A stretch of DNA of 62,345 bases, the filler included, from an uncultured Thermoplasmatales archaeon (GTDB lineage Archaea > Thermoplasmatota > E2 > DHVEG-1), in assembly GCA_964517155.1 (NCBI GenBank). It is 4 parts of 4 records of this genome, joined end to end, with 100 filler letters (N's around TTAATTAATTAA, not from the genome) between each part and the next. Parts side by side here need not be neighbours in the genome. Positions count along the whole stretch, not along the records: positions 20,246 to 43,600 come from CAZFAZ010000071.1; 3 more parts are not named here. The stretch is one strand, 5' to 3'. The position numbers and the translations under genes were made by a program. This document shows positions 20,411 through 30,818 of the stretch, piece by piece. The notes below the pieces were generated by a model that saw only the letters and a program-made list of their open reading frames with translations, was not told the DNA's origin and made no database searches. Each line of letters opens with the position of its first letter. Position 1 is the first letter of the stretch.

Positions 20411-23400
20411 ATGCGAAAAAGAGCTCAATTTAAAAGCAAACCAGTAACATATGAACCAAAACATGTATCTGTAGTTAAATCAAAAACATTTGATAAAAAA
20501 TCAATTAAGATAAGTAAAAACTGTTGGGTTGCAATAGCATTAATTAGTATCTTTTTTTTGGTATTGTTTTTTAATACTTATTTTAATTTTACTAGTGAAA
20601 TTGCAATATATCCGGATGGTGAAGGCTATTCTAAATATATGTTGTCTGGTCCTGATCCATATTATAATCTAAGAATAGTTGAAGAAACAAGTAAAACAGG
20701 GATATATCAATATTATTCTGAAAATGATCCGCTTCTTAATTATCCGTTAGGGCGATCCGGAGGGCGTGCTCCGTTAATGAATATGATGGCACTGGGTTTT
20801 AGTAATTTTTTAACGCCGTTTATGGATGAGGTTGATGCAATAGGGTATTCTATGCAGTTTATACCTGCCTTGTTTGGTGCTTTAATTGTTTTTCCAATTT
20901 ATTATATTGGTAAAATACTTTTTAATAAAAAAGCAGGTCTTGCAGCTGCATTTTTTATAGCGATAATTCCTATTCATATTGGTTCTGGTCACGGCTCTGC
21001 TTATTCTTTATTTGATCATGACTCGTTTAATTTGTTTTTATATTTTATCACATTTTTATTTATGATTTTAAGTATAAAAGAGAAAGATAACATAAAATCA
21101 ATTTTTTATGCACTTCTTGCAGGTGTTTCTTTAGCAGGTCTTTCCATGGTTTGGACTGAGGCTCGGTTCTTGTATGTTGTTATAGCAATTTATGCTGTAG
21201 TTCAGATGATTATTGATATTTTTTCAAGTAAAATCGAGTTAAATGTATTTAGAGCAACAGCTGTTACCATGCTGTCAGGTTATCTTATATCGCTACCTGT
21301 TATTAGTTCAAGATGGGTTAGTGGGTTTTCTTTTGATGTTACTTTTTTCATGGTTTTTGTTGTTGTTGGTTTTGGGTTTTTATATTATTTATTTGGTGTT
21401 AAGAAAATCCCTTGGACTTTGTCTTTGCCTTTTGTTTTTATAGTCGGTGGTATAGGCATAGTTTTTCTTTATTTTGCAAAGGTGTTATCAGAATCCTTTA
21501 AGTTTCTTGGTAGTTTAAATAAACTTTCAGATATATTATTTGGCACAGGGATTTATGGTAATAAAGTATCTATGACTATTGCTGAAGCAAATACCTATGA
21601 AATAAGTCAGACTGTTATGAATTTTGGTCCTGCGCTTTATTGGGTTGGTTGGGCTGGTTTTATTTTTGTTTTATGGTATTATTATAAAGATAAACTTAGA
21701 CGAGATTATCTTTTTTTTATTGTTGTATTTATAGTTTATCTTTGGCTTACTAGTACGGCTGGTCGTTTCCTTAATGATATGGTTCCTTTAATTGCGATTT
21801 TTGCAGGTTTTATTGTGTGGTTTGCTATGGATAAAATTGATTATAAGCAGATGATTAAAAATATCCGTAGTGCCGGCGGTGGCCTTCATGGCATTCGTCG
21901 CGGCGTTAAAATAATACATGTTTTTGGAATTGTTTTATTGGCATTTGTTGTTATTTTACCTAATATTTTTATAACACTTGATGCAGCAATTCCAAACAAG
22001 GTTTATGCTTTAGATGAAAATAAAACAGATTGGGGTAATTTTAAACAGGATTATTTTGCAGATGAGAACTATTCTGGTGTTTTTGGGCTATCTTTGTATA
22101 AAGAGTCTTATTGGACTGATGCTTTCAATTGGCTTGCACAACAAGATACAGATATAGAAAAAGATGTTGATCGCCCTGCTTTTATTTCATGGTGGGATTA
22201 CGGGTTTTATGGAGTGGCTCTTAGTGGTCATCCTATGGTGGCAGATAACTTTCAGGATGGTATTCCTCCTGCAGGTAATTTTCATACTGCGACAAGTGAA
22301 AAAGATGCAGTAGCTGTTTTAATTGTTAGAATTCTTGAAGGAAACAAAAAGGATGAGGGGGGTAAGCTTTCTGATAATGTCAGAGATATTCTGGCTAAAT
22401 ATCTTGATAGTGAAAAAGCAGAGGATGTTGCAGGATGGATAGAGTCTCCTGAGATATCTCCATCTTATACTAAATGGATAGATGAAGATTTTAATGAGTA
22501 TGTGCGAGAGGAATTTAATAAAAACCTTTTGAAGGTTGGTGCTCAGTGGGCTGAGAATGCTGTTTATCATGATGTCATTGATTTGTTTAATGATGAAAAT
22601 GGTCTAACTGAAGAAGAGGTTACTTTGTTATATCTTGATCTTCAAGAGGAAACAGGATATAGTATTCGTTATTATGGTGTTGAAGGTTATGATCGTCAGA
22701 TTTTTAATATTTTTGCGTTTTTATCTGATAAAAGCCTTGTACTTCTTGGCGCACCTGAAGATGGTTTCATTCGGATTGTATATGTAACACAGAGCGGCAT
22801 GGAATTAACATTGGAACAAGTTTTAAATCGTACAGCACTTGAAAATAACGATGATCCTGTTAGTCCAAAAACTATATACAAAAATGATTATTTTGATACA
22901 ATGTTTTATCGTACTTATATCGGGCCTTCACAGACAGAGTCAACTGGCCAGAAAAGTGCGTATAAATGGCAGGTGCCTTGTATTGATATGAAACATTTTT
23001 ATGCTGAGTTTATATCAGATTTAAATAAGTATCAATATTCTCAGGGTCAAGCTGCAGTTGTTATAGCAAAATATTATGCAGGTGCTCTTATAAATGGAAC
23101 TGTTACTTTTAAAGGTGAGCCTGTTGATGCGCAGGTTGTAGTTCAGAAGAATTTAACTTATACTGACGGCTATACAATTCCAATTGATCACGATAAAGAT
23201 AGCACTAATGATACAGGCTACTTTAGTCTTCTTGTAGGGGCGGGAAGTCATTTGCAGATACGTAAAACTCTTTCAGCAGGTGGTGTATTTGTATTTACAA
23301 ATATTACCTTTGAAGGAGACGAGGGAACAGTTTATGCACCAATCTCAGATGATGATGCGATGAGGAAAAGAGATTCTAATTATGAAAGAACATTAAATAT

Positions 23401-24622
23401 AGATATTAAACCTGCTAATCTTGAAGGCTATTTCTATGAAGATGTAGATGGTGATGACTTATATGATTCTTCAGTTGATACTTCATTGTCTGATGGTTCT
23501 TTAATGCTTTATGAAATAAAAGATATTGTAGATAATAAAATTACGATAGGAAGTACATATCCTATTGAAATCGATGAAGCAACTGGATATTATAATGCAT
23601 CTGATTTACTACCTGGTTATTACAGAATTGTACTTGAAAGAGAAGACAGGGGTATAGTTCATCTTAATGATATTGCATTGTATTCTGGTAATAAAACTTA
23701 TAACTTTTCTGAACCTGCTGCTGCAAATTTACAAGGTACTGTATATTACAATAAAGATGACGATGAAAATTATACGGCAGGAGATGAAAAAATAGCAGGT
23801 GCCAATGTTGAACTTATTTTATCTACGAATAAAGGAGAGATATCACTTGCAAATACAACTTCTGATAGCAATGGAGGGTATTCATTTGAATCTTTACTTC
23901 CTGGGCAATTTAATAACTATTCTGTCATAGTAACAAAAGATAAATTATACGAAGGCATGGTAAGTTTAACTCTTGTTGAAAATGAAACAAAAATCCAAAA
24001 TATCTCTCTTAGTCTTACACCGGTAACTGTTTCAGGTTATGCTAAATATTTAGCTACACCTGTTGAAGGTGCTACAGTTATTTTTGAAAAAGACGGCTCT
24101 GTTTTGGAAAATACTGCAGTTGACGGCTCTGCTGAAACAAATGCTGACGGTTATTATACAGTTAGTTTACAGCCTGGTTCATATAATATCACTGTTATAA
24201 AGGGAACTACTACTATTGAATATTATTTAGATGGTGAAAAAATAACTCTTGCTAAGGCACAGGGAACCGATAGTAAAGATTTTTCAGTTGATAAAAAATC
24301 AGTAACAGTTACTGGCGAAACATTATACGGCGGCTCAGGTGTTGATAACGTAACAGTTATGTTTAATAAAGACAACTCTGCAAATAACACAGCGGTATCT
24401 AATAGTGTTAAATCTAGTATAAACGGCGATTACAGCATTGAGCTTTCACCAGGTTCATATACTGTTTCTATAACTCCAAAAGAGGATAATGTAGCTGGTG
24501 TAACTTATATTTATAAAGCATCTGAAGGTTTAGCATTAAATCTGTATGAATCAGATATAGCTAAGAGCGAAGTACCGTTTAATATTGATCTGATAAGAGA
24601 ACTCAAAGAAGAATCATCATAA
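20411..24622 (+). CDS. aglB: Oligosaccharyltransferase AglB (STT3) with long C-terminal beta-sandwich repeats
   Basis: DPYY, DHD, TIAEA and WWDYG motifs; many TM helices; C-terminal G.V...GA.V...T...G.Y...L.PG.Y repeats. Confidence 0.93.
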   Translation: MRKRAQFKSKPVTYEPKHVSVVKSKTFDKKSIKISKNCWVAIALISIFFLVLFFNTYFNFTSEIAIYPDGEGYSKYMLSGPDPYYNLRIVEETSKTGIYQYYSENDPLLNYPLGRSGGRAPLMNMMALGFSNFLTPFMDEVDAIGYSMQFIPALFGALIVFPIYYIGKILFNKKAGLAAAFFIAIIPIHIGSGHGSAYSLFDHDSFNLFLYFITFLFMILSIKEKDNIKSIFYALLAGVSLAGLSMVWTEARFLYVVIAIYAVVQMIIDIFSSKIELNVFRATAVTMLSGYLISLPVISSRWVSGFSFDVTFFMVFVVVGFGFLYYLFGVKKIPWTLSLPFVFIVGGIGIVFLYFAKVLSESFKFLGSLNKLSDILFGTGIYGNKVSMTIAEANTYEISQTVMNFGPALYWVGWAGFIFVLWYYYKDKLRRDYLFFIVVFIVYLWLTSTAGRFLNDMVPLIAIFAGFIVWFAMDKIDYKQMIKNIRSAGGGLHGIRRGVKIIHVFGIVLLAFVVILPNIFITLDAAIPNKVYALDENKTDWGNFKQDYFADENYSGVFGLSLYKESYWTDAFNWLAQQDTDIEKDVDRPAFISWWDYGFYGVALSGHPMVADNFQDGIPPAGNFHTATSEKDAVAVLIVRILEGNKKDEGGKLSDNVRDILAKYLDSEKAEDVAGWIESPEISPSYTKWIDEDFNEYVREEFNKNLLKVGAQWAENAVYHDVIDLFNDENGLTEEEVTLLYLDLQEETGYSIRYYGVEGYDRQIFNIFAFLSDKSLVLLGAPEDGFIRIVYVTQSGMELTLEQVLNRTALENNDDPVSPKTIYKNDYFDTMFYRTYIGPSQTESTGQKSAYKWQVPCIDMKHFYAEFISDLNKYQYSQGQAAVVIAKYYAGALINGTVTFKGEPVDAQVVVQKNLTYTDGYTIPIDHDKDSTNDTGYFSLLVGAGSHLQIRKTLSAGGVFVFTNITFEGDEGTVYAPISDDDAMRKRDSNYERTLNIDIKPANLEGYFYEDVDGDDLYDSSVDTSLSDGSLMLYEIKDIVDNKITIGSTYPIEIDEATGYYNASDLLPGYYRIVLEREDRGIVHLNDIALYSGNKTYNFSEPAAANLQGTVYYNKDDDENYTAGDEKIAGANVELILSTNKGEISLANTTSDSNGGYSFESLLPGQFNNYSVIVTKDKLYEGMVSLTLVENETKIQNISLSLTPVTVSGYAKYLATPVEGATVIFEKDGSVLENTAVDGSAETNADGYYTVSLQPGSYNITVIKGTTTIEYYLDGEKITLAKAQGTDSKDFSVDKKSVTVTGETLYGGSGVDNVTVMFNKDNSANNTAVSNSVKSSINGDYSIELSPGSYTVSITPKEDNVAGVTYIYKASEGLALNLYESDIAKSEVPFNIDLIRELKEESS

Positions 24623-24679
24623 CTAAACTAATTTTTTCACCAATCATTTTTTTAATCTTTTTTTGTTACTATTTTTTAT

Positions 24680-25279
24680 ATGATTAATATTTCTGAGGGT
24701 GTAAAAGCAGTTTGTTATGCTAGAAACGTTATTGAAGAATATGTAAAAAATAAAAATATTTTTGATTGTACTCTCTCAAGTGTTTTTAAAAATAAACAAG
24801 GTGCTTTTGTAACGATTCATACTTATCCAGATCATGACTTGCGTGGTTGCATTGGTATACCTTTACCTGTTATGAGTTTGTGTGAAGCTATTGCCGAGGG
24901 TGCTGCATCCGCAACTCGTGACCCGCGTTTTCCACCACTTACATCTAAAGAGTTAGACGGTATCATTATTGAGGTTACTATTTTGTCTCCTCCTGAGTTA
25001 ATTAAAATAAATAAACCTGAAGAATATTTAAAAAATATTGTTGTAGGTCGTGATGGTCTTATTGTTGAACAAGGATTTTATAAAGGTTTACTGTTGCCGC
25101 AGGTGCCTGTGGAGCAAGGCTGGGATAAAGAAGAGTTTCTTAGTCAAACTTGTGTTAAGGCAGGTCTTATGCCGGATGCATGGTTTGATAAACAAACCAA
25201 GGTTTACAGGTTTAGCGGTCAGGTTTTTACAGAGGTTAAACCTAGAGGAGAAGTTAAGGAGAAGAAGTTAAATGAGTGA
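24680..25279 (+). CDS. AMMECR1-domain protein
   Basis: GAFVTI...LRGCIG, DPRF, GLLLPQV, CVKAGL. Confidence 0.93.
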   Translation: MINISEGVKAVCYARNVIEEYVKNKNIFDCTLSSVFKNKQGAFVTIHTYPDHDLRGCIGIPLPVMSLCEAIAEGAASATRDPRFPPLTSKELDGIIIEVTILSPPELIKINKPEEYLKNIVVGRDGLIVEQGFYKGLLLPQVPVEQGWDKEEFLSQTCVKAGLMPDAWFDKQTKVYRFSGQVFTEVKPRGEVKEKKLNE

Positions 25280-26558
25280 GCTTGTTGTTAAAGGTAAAGT
25301 TTTTTTCAGAGGAAGTTTTGAGGATTGTTGTATTGGTATTGATAATGGTAAAGTAACTGAGGTAAAAAAGATTTTAGAAGGTGATAAAACCCTTGATTTT
25401 GGCAGTAAACTTGTTTTACCTGCAGGTGTTGATATACATGTTCATTTTCGTGAGCCTGGTCTTACTAATAAAGAAGATTTTTTTTCAGGTAGTACTGCGG
25501 CGGCCTTTGGCGGTATAAGCTGTGTTTTTGATATGCCAAATACCGTTCCTCAGACAACTAGTGTTGAAACAATTTCTGATAAGATAAGTATTGCTAATAG
25601 TAAATCTATTGTTGATTTTGGAGTTTATGCAGGTGTTACAAATGAAAATTTTAGTCTCATTGAACAGATTGCAAAAAAATGCAGTGGTTTTAAATTATTT
25701 CTTGGGAGCAGTACTCTTTCTTTAGCTTTTGATAAGAAACGTCTTCGTGAGGCTTTTGATTTAGCAGGTATCTCTGGTAAAATAGTTCTTGTTCATGCTG
25801 AGGATGAAGAATGTCTTATTAAACATAAAAAAGTTGAAACTAGTTTATCTGATCATATGCGTTTTAGGCCTAGTGTCTGTGAAGAGTTATCTATAAATGA
25901 GGTTTTAAATGCTGCAAATGGTCTTAGAACTAGAGTTCATATTTGTCATGTTTCTTCTTGTGAAGGTCTTGAGCTTTTAAAGAAGAAACCTAGTAATGTT
26001 AGTTTTGGTATAACTCCTCATCATTGTCTTTTAAATGTTGAAAATAATATGGGTTCAGAGGGTTTGTTTAAGGTTAATCCTCCTATTAGAACTGGTTTTG
26101 ATAAAGAATCTTTGTTTTCTTGTGTTAAATCAGGAAATGTTGATGTTATTGAGTCTGATCATGCTCCGCATACCCGTGATGAGAAAGTAGGAGAGTTTGA
26201 TGTTGTTCCATGTGGTGTTCCCGGGGTTGAGACTATTTATCCTTTGTTTTTGTATTTTGCAAAAAAAGAAATTATTAGTTTTCAGCGTCTTGTTTCTTTA
26301 ATGTGTTATAATCCTGCTAATCTTTTAGGTGTTGGTAAAGGCAGACTTGAACCAGGTTATGATGCTGATTTTATTGTTGTTGATTTTAAAGAAGACTGTA
26401 AAATCAAATCTGAAAATCTTCATTCTCGTTGTGGTTGGTCTCCTTTTGAGGATTGGCCTGCAGTTTTTCCCAAAAGTGTTTTTATTCGTGGAAACAAAGT
26501 GGTAGATGCAGGTGAACTGCAGGTAAAACAAGGTTTTGGAAGATTTACTGGAGAATAA
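25272..26558 (+). CDS. pyrC: Dihydroorotase
   Basis: DIHVHFREPG, DMPNT, VHAED, KVNPPIR, SDHAPH. Confidence 0.9.
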   Translation: MSELVVKGKVFFRGSFEDCCIGIDNGKVTEVKKILEGDKTLDFGSKLVLPAGVDIHVHFREPGLTNKEDFFSGSTAAAFGGISCVFDMPNTVPQTTSVETISDKISIANSKSIVDFGVYAGVTNENFSLIEQIAKKCSGFKLFLGSSTLSLAFDKKRLREAFDLAGISGKIVLVHAEDEECLIKHKKVETSLSDHMRFRPSVCEELSINEVLNAANGLRTRVHICHVSSCEGLELLKKKPSNVSFGITPHHCLLNVENNMGSEGLFKVNPPIRTGFDKESLFSCVKSGNVDVIESDHAPHTRDEKVGEFDVVPCGVPGVETIYPLFLYFAKKEIISFQRLVSLMCYNPANLLGVGKGRLEPGYDADFIVVDFKEDCKIKSENLHSRCGWSPFEDWPAVFPKSVFIRGNKVVDAGELQVKQGFGRFTGE

Positions 26559-26561
26559 AAA

Positions 26562-27119
26562 ATGCTTGAGATACTACCTGAATGGTTTCGTATTTTCTTT
26601 TTTTCTATGATTCCTTGGCTTGAATCACGTTATGTTATCCCTTTTGCTATTAGGCCTGTGCAAGAGTTGGGCTTAGGTTGGCCTTGGTGGCAGGCTTTTC
26701 CAATAGCAGTTATTGGTAATATGCTTCCGATTCCTTTTATTTTATTGTTTTTTCATCATATTGAAAAATGGCTTAGAAAGTACAAGTTTTGGTCTAAATT
26801 GATGGATTGGCTTTTTGCAAGAACTCGCGATCGGGCAAATGATACTATTCGTAAATATGAGTATCTAGGTTTGCTTGTTTTTGTTGCATTACCTGTTCCT
26901 TTTACAGGTGCTTGGACTGGTGCTTTGATTGCTTATTTGTTTAATTTGAAGTTTGGTAAATCTCTTATCACGATTTTTATTGGTGTTATTTCTGCTGCAA
27001 GTATTATGACTATTGTTACTTTGACTGGTGTTGATTTGTTGTATATTGTTTTAGGTGTAATTATTGCAGGTATTGTTATGGCTTTATTTGTTTTCTTAGG
27101 CTCGTCAAAGAAAAAATAA
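26562..27119 (+). CDS. Small multidrug export-family membrane protein (COG2426-like)
   Basis: SMIPWLESR, GNMLP, FVALPVPFTGAWTG. Confidence 0.85.
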   Translation: MLEILPEWFRIFFFSMIPWLESRYVIPFAIRPVQELGLGWPWWQAFPIAVIGNMLPIPFILLFFHHIEKWLRKYKFWSKLMDWLFARTRDRANDTIRKYEYLGLLVFVALPVPFTGAWTGALIAYLFNLKFGKSLITIFIGVISAASIMTIVTLTGVDLLYIVLGVIIAGIVMALFVFLGSSKKK

Positions 27120-27138
27120 TTTGGTTTGTGAATTAAAG

Positions 27139-27918
27139 ATGGATGAAAATATAAAGTTGCTTGCTATAAAAACAGCTGAGAGTGTTGCAAGAAAAGTTAA
27201 AAAAGCCTGTGTTACTGATTTTTATAGGTTTGGAAATACCGTGGGTCTTGGTGCAGATGGTACTGTTACTAAGTTTATTGATAAACTTGCAGAGGATGTG
27301 GCATTAAAGATAGTTAATAAATCTAAAGTTAAAGTTAATGTTTTAAGTGAAGAAGCAGGTTTTATTGATAATGGCGGTAAATATACTTTTGTTTTAGATC
27401 CGCTTGACGGTACTCGTAATGCATATCGTGGCATTCCTTTTTATTCGGTGTCTATTGGTGTTGGTAAAAAGCGTATTAGTGATGTTGAATATGGTGTTGT
27501 TAAAAACATTCCAACTGGTGATATTTATACTGCTGAGAAAGGTTTTGGTGCTTTTTTGAATGGTAAACGTTTTTGCGTACCTGAAGTTCCTGATAAAGAG
27601 CTTTTATCGTCTCTTGCACTTGGTAAAAACTCTGATAAAGTAACTCTTAAATTTGCTAAAAGAGACAAGGTTCGCTCTCTTGGGTCTTCTTCTCTTGAGA
27701 TGTGTATGGTTGCAATTGGTGGTCTTGATTATTTTATTGTTGGTAACGAGTATCTCAGAGTTATTGATATTGCTGCATCTGTTTTGATTCTTCGTGAGGC
27801 TGGCGGTTTTGTTACCAATATCTCTGGTAAAAATTTAGATATGCCTTTTGATTTAGAAGAGCGCAGTAGTGTTGTTGCAGCATGCAATATGGATTTAGTA
27901 AAAGAAATTATTTCTTGA
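27139..27918 (+). CDS. Inositol monophosphatase / FBPase family
   Basis: GADGT, SEE, LDPLDGTRN, RSLGS, DIAAS. Confidence 0.9.
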   Translation: MDENIKLLAIKTAESVARKVKKACVTDFYRFGNTVGLGADGTVTKFIDKLAEDVALKIVNKSKVKVNVLSEEAGFIDNGGKYTFVLDPLDGTRNAYRGIPFYSVSIGVGKKRISDVEYGVVKNIPTGDIYTAEKGFGAFLNGKRFCVPEVPDKELLSSLALGKNSDKVTLKFAKRDKVRSLGSSSLEMCMVAIGGLDYFIVGNEYLRVIDIAASVLILREAGGFVTNISGKNLDMPFDLEERSSVVAACNMDLVKEIIS

Positions 27919-28060
27919 ATTCTTTTACATGATCAAGTGTCCTTTTCCATTCCAAAATTTCTCTGCATTTACCGCAATAGCCATTATAATTTTCATAATC
28001 AAACTTATGCATTTTTCTACCGCAGTATTTGCATTTGTATTCTTTTTTTTCTTTGGTCAT
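27908..28060 (-). CDS. Small zinc-finger protein, 50 aa (absent from the ORF track)
   Basis: MTKEKKEYKCKYCGRKMHKFDYENYNGYCGKCREILEWKRTLDHVKEFKK; starts 2 nt after the nucS stop. Confidence 0.7.
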   Translation of the reverse strand: MTKEKKEYKCKYCGRKMHKFDYENYNGYCGKCREILEWKRTLDHVKEFKK

Positions 28061-28062
28061 TT

Positions 28063-28830
28063 TTATCCTTTAAATTCTTTTAACGTTTTTTGATTATCAT
28101 CAGGAAGTATTACTTTTCTTTCTACTTCCTGCCACTCAAGTCCATATTCTGAAAGCAGATGTTTTACCATATCAGGGATTTTTGGTGCACATAGTATTCC
28201 TCTAACATTTGCTTCCTCTACATCTCTTTTTATGTCTTTTACATACATGCGTAGCTGATGAACAGCACTAATATTTGCAAGACTTCTTTTAACCTCTATT
28301 ATCACAGGAGTATGATTTTTATCATAACAAAACAAATCAATCATACCTGATTTTACTTGTTTTTCTCTTTTAACAACTCTGAGACCTTCTTCTACAACAC
28401 AAGGATTATTGATTATTTCATTTACTACATCCAACTCCATTCCAGAAATCACTAGTTTTGCTTTATCTTTAAGAATAGTTGCTGTTATAAATTTTATATT
28501 TCTAAATTTTATATTCATTTTTTCAGGAGGTTTTCTGTTATATGATTTTAAAATAAATTCATCATCTTTTATCTTAAAATCTGTTTTACTTCCTGTTGGC
28601 TGCCAATTTATAGGTTCCCGCATCTCAGGTTGATGAACAAGTAATGTTCCATCTTGTTTAATCATGATAACCCTCTCACCCCAATCAAGAAAAGAACGAG
28701 CTCTGCCTTTGTAGTCTACCATGCAATCTCCAGCGATTAGAAGCATTGTTTTATCAGGTTTGTTTGTATGATTTTTTCTAATAAATTCTAAAGCATCTGT
28801 GTTATTTGGATTAACAATGGTTTTTGTCAT
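28063..28830 (-). CDS. nucS: Endonuclease NucS/EndoMS
   Basis: VDYKGRARS, KQDGTLLVH, PINWQP, IDL...IIEVKR, QLRMY; likely start MTKTIVNP. Confidence 0.93.
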   Translation of the reverse strand: MTKTIVNPNNTDALEFIRKNHTNKPDKTMLLIAGDCMVDYKGRARSFLDWGERVIMIKQDGTLLVHQPEMREPINWQPTGSKTDFKIKDDEFILKSYNRKPPEKMNIKFRNIKFITATILKDKAKLVISGMELDVVNEIINNPCVVEEGLRVVKREKQVKSGMIDLFCYDKNHTPVIIEVKRSLANISAVHQLRMYVKDIKRDVEEANVRGILCAPKIPDMVKHLLSEYGLEWQEVERKVILPDDNQKTLKEFKG

Positions 28831-28926
28831 ACCGCTTCTTTTAATAGATATGCTCCTTGGTATAATTGTTTGTTTTGGTTGAATATGCACATTTTTATAT
28901 ACTTGTTTTTTAATTTGGGGTTTCAG

Positions 28927-29664
28927 ATGAGCATTACAGAGGATATCCTTAAAAAGGTTAGTAAGAAAAAACTTCATTTTTCGTTACTTGACCCCGAGGA
29001 TCAAACACCACAAGAAGCTGGAAAACTAGCAAAAATTGCAGAAAATGCAGGTAGTTCTGCTATGATGGTCGGAGGATCAACTCTTTCTTCAAGTGCACAA
29101 GTAGATGAAACCGTAAAAGCAATAAAAGAAAATTCTAAACTACCAGTTATCTTGTTTCCATCAGGTGCAAAATTCCTCAGTAAATATGCAGATGCAATAT
29201 TTTTTATGAGCTGTCTGAATTCACGCAACCTTGGTTTTGTAATACGTGAACATGTACAAGGAGCACCATTTATAAAACACGTTGGAATTGAACCAATATC
29301 AATGGGTTATCTAATAGTTGAACCAGGAATGACTGCAGGTAAAATGGGTCAAGTAGATTTAGTTAAACGCGATGACCTGCAAACTGCTGTCGGCTATGCC
29401 CTTTCAACACAATATTTTGGAATGAAATTTTTTTATCTTGAAGCAGGATCAGGTGCGCCTGAACCTATAACAAACAAGATGATTGCAGCGGTTAAAAAAA
29501 ATACAAACATACCTCTAGTTGTAGGCGGAGGTATACGCTCTGCAAAAACTGCTCATGAAAAAGCTCGTGCTGGTGCAGATATAATTGTTACAGGAACTAC
29601 TTTTGAAAAAGATAAAAACATTGAAAAAACACTCAGAGAAATTATAAAAGCAATAGAACAATAA
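28927..29664 (+). CDS. Geranylgeranylglyceryl phosphate synthase
   Basis: HFSLLDP, MVGGS, ILFP, FYLEAGSGA, VGGGIR. Confidence 0.95.
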   Translation: MSITEDILKKVSKKKLHFSLLDPEDQTPQEAGKLAKIAENAGSSAMMVGGSTLSSSAQVDETVKAIKENSKLPVILFPSGAKFLSKYADAIFFMSCLNSRNLGFVIREHVQGAPFIKHVGIEPISMGYLIVEPGMTAGKMGQVDLVKRDDLQTAVGYALSTQYFGMKFFYLEAGSGAPEPITNKMIAAVKKNTNIPLVVGGGIRSAKTAHEKARAGADIIVTGTTFEKDKNIEKTLREIIKAIEQ

Positions 29665-29672
29665 AGATTGCT

Positions 29673-30224
29673 ATGAAAATTTTACTCTCTATTGGTGGAG
29701 CATCAGGAAGCATATATGGAATTCGTCTTTTAGAAGAACTTAAAAAAGCAGAGGTTGAAATTCATTTAATTTTTTCAGAAGGAGCTAAAAAAATAATCGA
29801 ACATGAAACAAAATATAAAATCAAAGATTTAAAAAAAACAGCTGATTTTTATTATGAAAACAATAATGTGTTTTCAGGGCCCGCAAGTGGTTCATTTAAA
29901 CTTGATGCAATGATAATATGTCCATGTAGCATGAAGACTTTATCTGCTATTGCAAATGGATATGGAGATACACTGACAAGCAGATCTGCAATATGTACTT
30001 TAAAAGAAGAAAGAAAACTAATACTTGTTCCTCGTGAAACACCACTTGATCTTGCAAGTATTGAAAATATGAAAAAGGCAAAGCTTGCAGGGGCAACTAT
30101 ACTTCCTGCAATGCCGGGTTTTTATCATAAACCAAAAAAAATAGAGGATTTAGTTGATTTTATAGTTGGCAAAATCCTTGATCAAATAAATATCAATCAT
30201 TCTCTTTTTAAACGCTGGGGATAA
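29673..30224 (+). CDS. ubiX: Flavin prenyltransferase
   Basis: GASG, ASGS, PCSMKTL, PRETP, PAMPGFY. Confidence 0.95.
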   Translation: MKILLSIGGASGSIYGIRLLEELKKAEVEIHLIFSEGAKKIIEHETKYKIKDLKKTADFYYENNNVFSGPASGSFKLDAMIICPCSMKTLSAIANGYGDTLTSRSAICTLKEERKLILVPRETPLDLASIENMKKAKLAGATILPAMPGFYHKPKKIEDLVDFIVGKILDQININHSLFKRWG

Positions 30225-30240
30225 AGACTCTTTTTTTGCT

Positions 30241-30813
30241 TTATCTTATACATATTTCTACAAAATTTTCAAAAATTAATTCACCATATTCTGTATGTTC
30301 TACTTCTGGGTGAAACTGCAAACCATAAAACGGTTTATTTTTATGTTTCATTGCTTGAATCTCACAATTTTCACTAGATGCAAGCAGCTCAAAATCTTTA
30401 GGTAATTTTGATACTTCATCGTTATGAGATTCCCAAACAATAGATTTCTTGGGAACTCCTTTAAAAATCTTATCTTCTTTTAAAATAGTAAGCTGTATTT
30501 TACCAAACTCTGGTTTTTCTGCAGGTTTTGCCATTCCACCAAAAAAACGAGCCATATACTGATGACCTGCACAAATACCTAAAATAGGAAAATTTGCTTT
30601 TTCAAGGTATTCATCAATATTTCCAAGAGTATCTGCAAGGCCAATCCTTGGTGCACCACCAGATAAAACCAAGCCATTAATCTCCTCTTTTACTAGTTCA
30701 TCAAATGAAATGGTATTTGGAACAATTTTTGTTTCAACATCAAGGTCTCGCAAAGTCCGCCATTCCCTATGCGTCCATTGCCCGCCGTTATCAACAACAT
30801 AAATTTTAACCAT
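30241..30813 (-). CDS. guaAA: GMP synthase glutamine amidotransferase subunit
   Basis: DNGGQWTHR, GICAGHQ, QFHPEV; likely start MVKIYVV. Confidence 0.94.
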   Translation of the reverse strand: MVKIYVVDNGGQWTHREWRTLRDLDVETKIVPNTISFDELVKEEINGLVLSGGAPRIGLADTLGNIDEYLEKANFPILGICAGHQYMARFFGGMAKPAEKPEFGKIQLTILKEDKIFKGVPKKSIVWESHNDEVSKLPKDFELLASSENCEIQAMKHKNKPFYGLQFHPEVEHTEYGELIFENFVEICIR

Positions 30814-30818
30814 CTGTT

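Noticed and set aside
28831..28977. Overlapping N-terminal extensions of nucS and GGGP synthase in the ORF track
   Set aside because: More plausible starts at 28830 and 28927 leave a normal divergent promoter region
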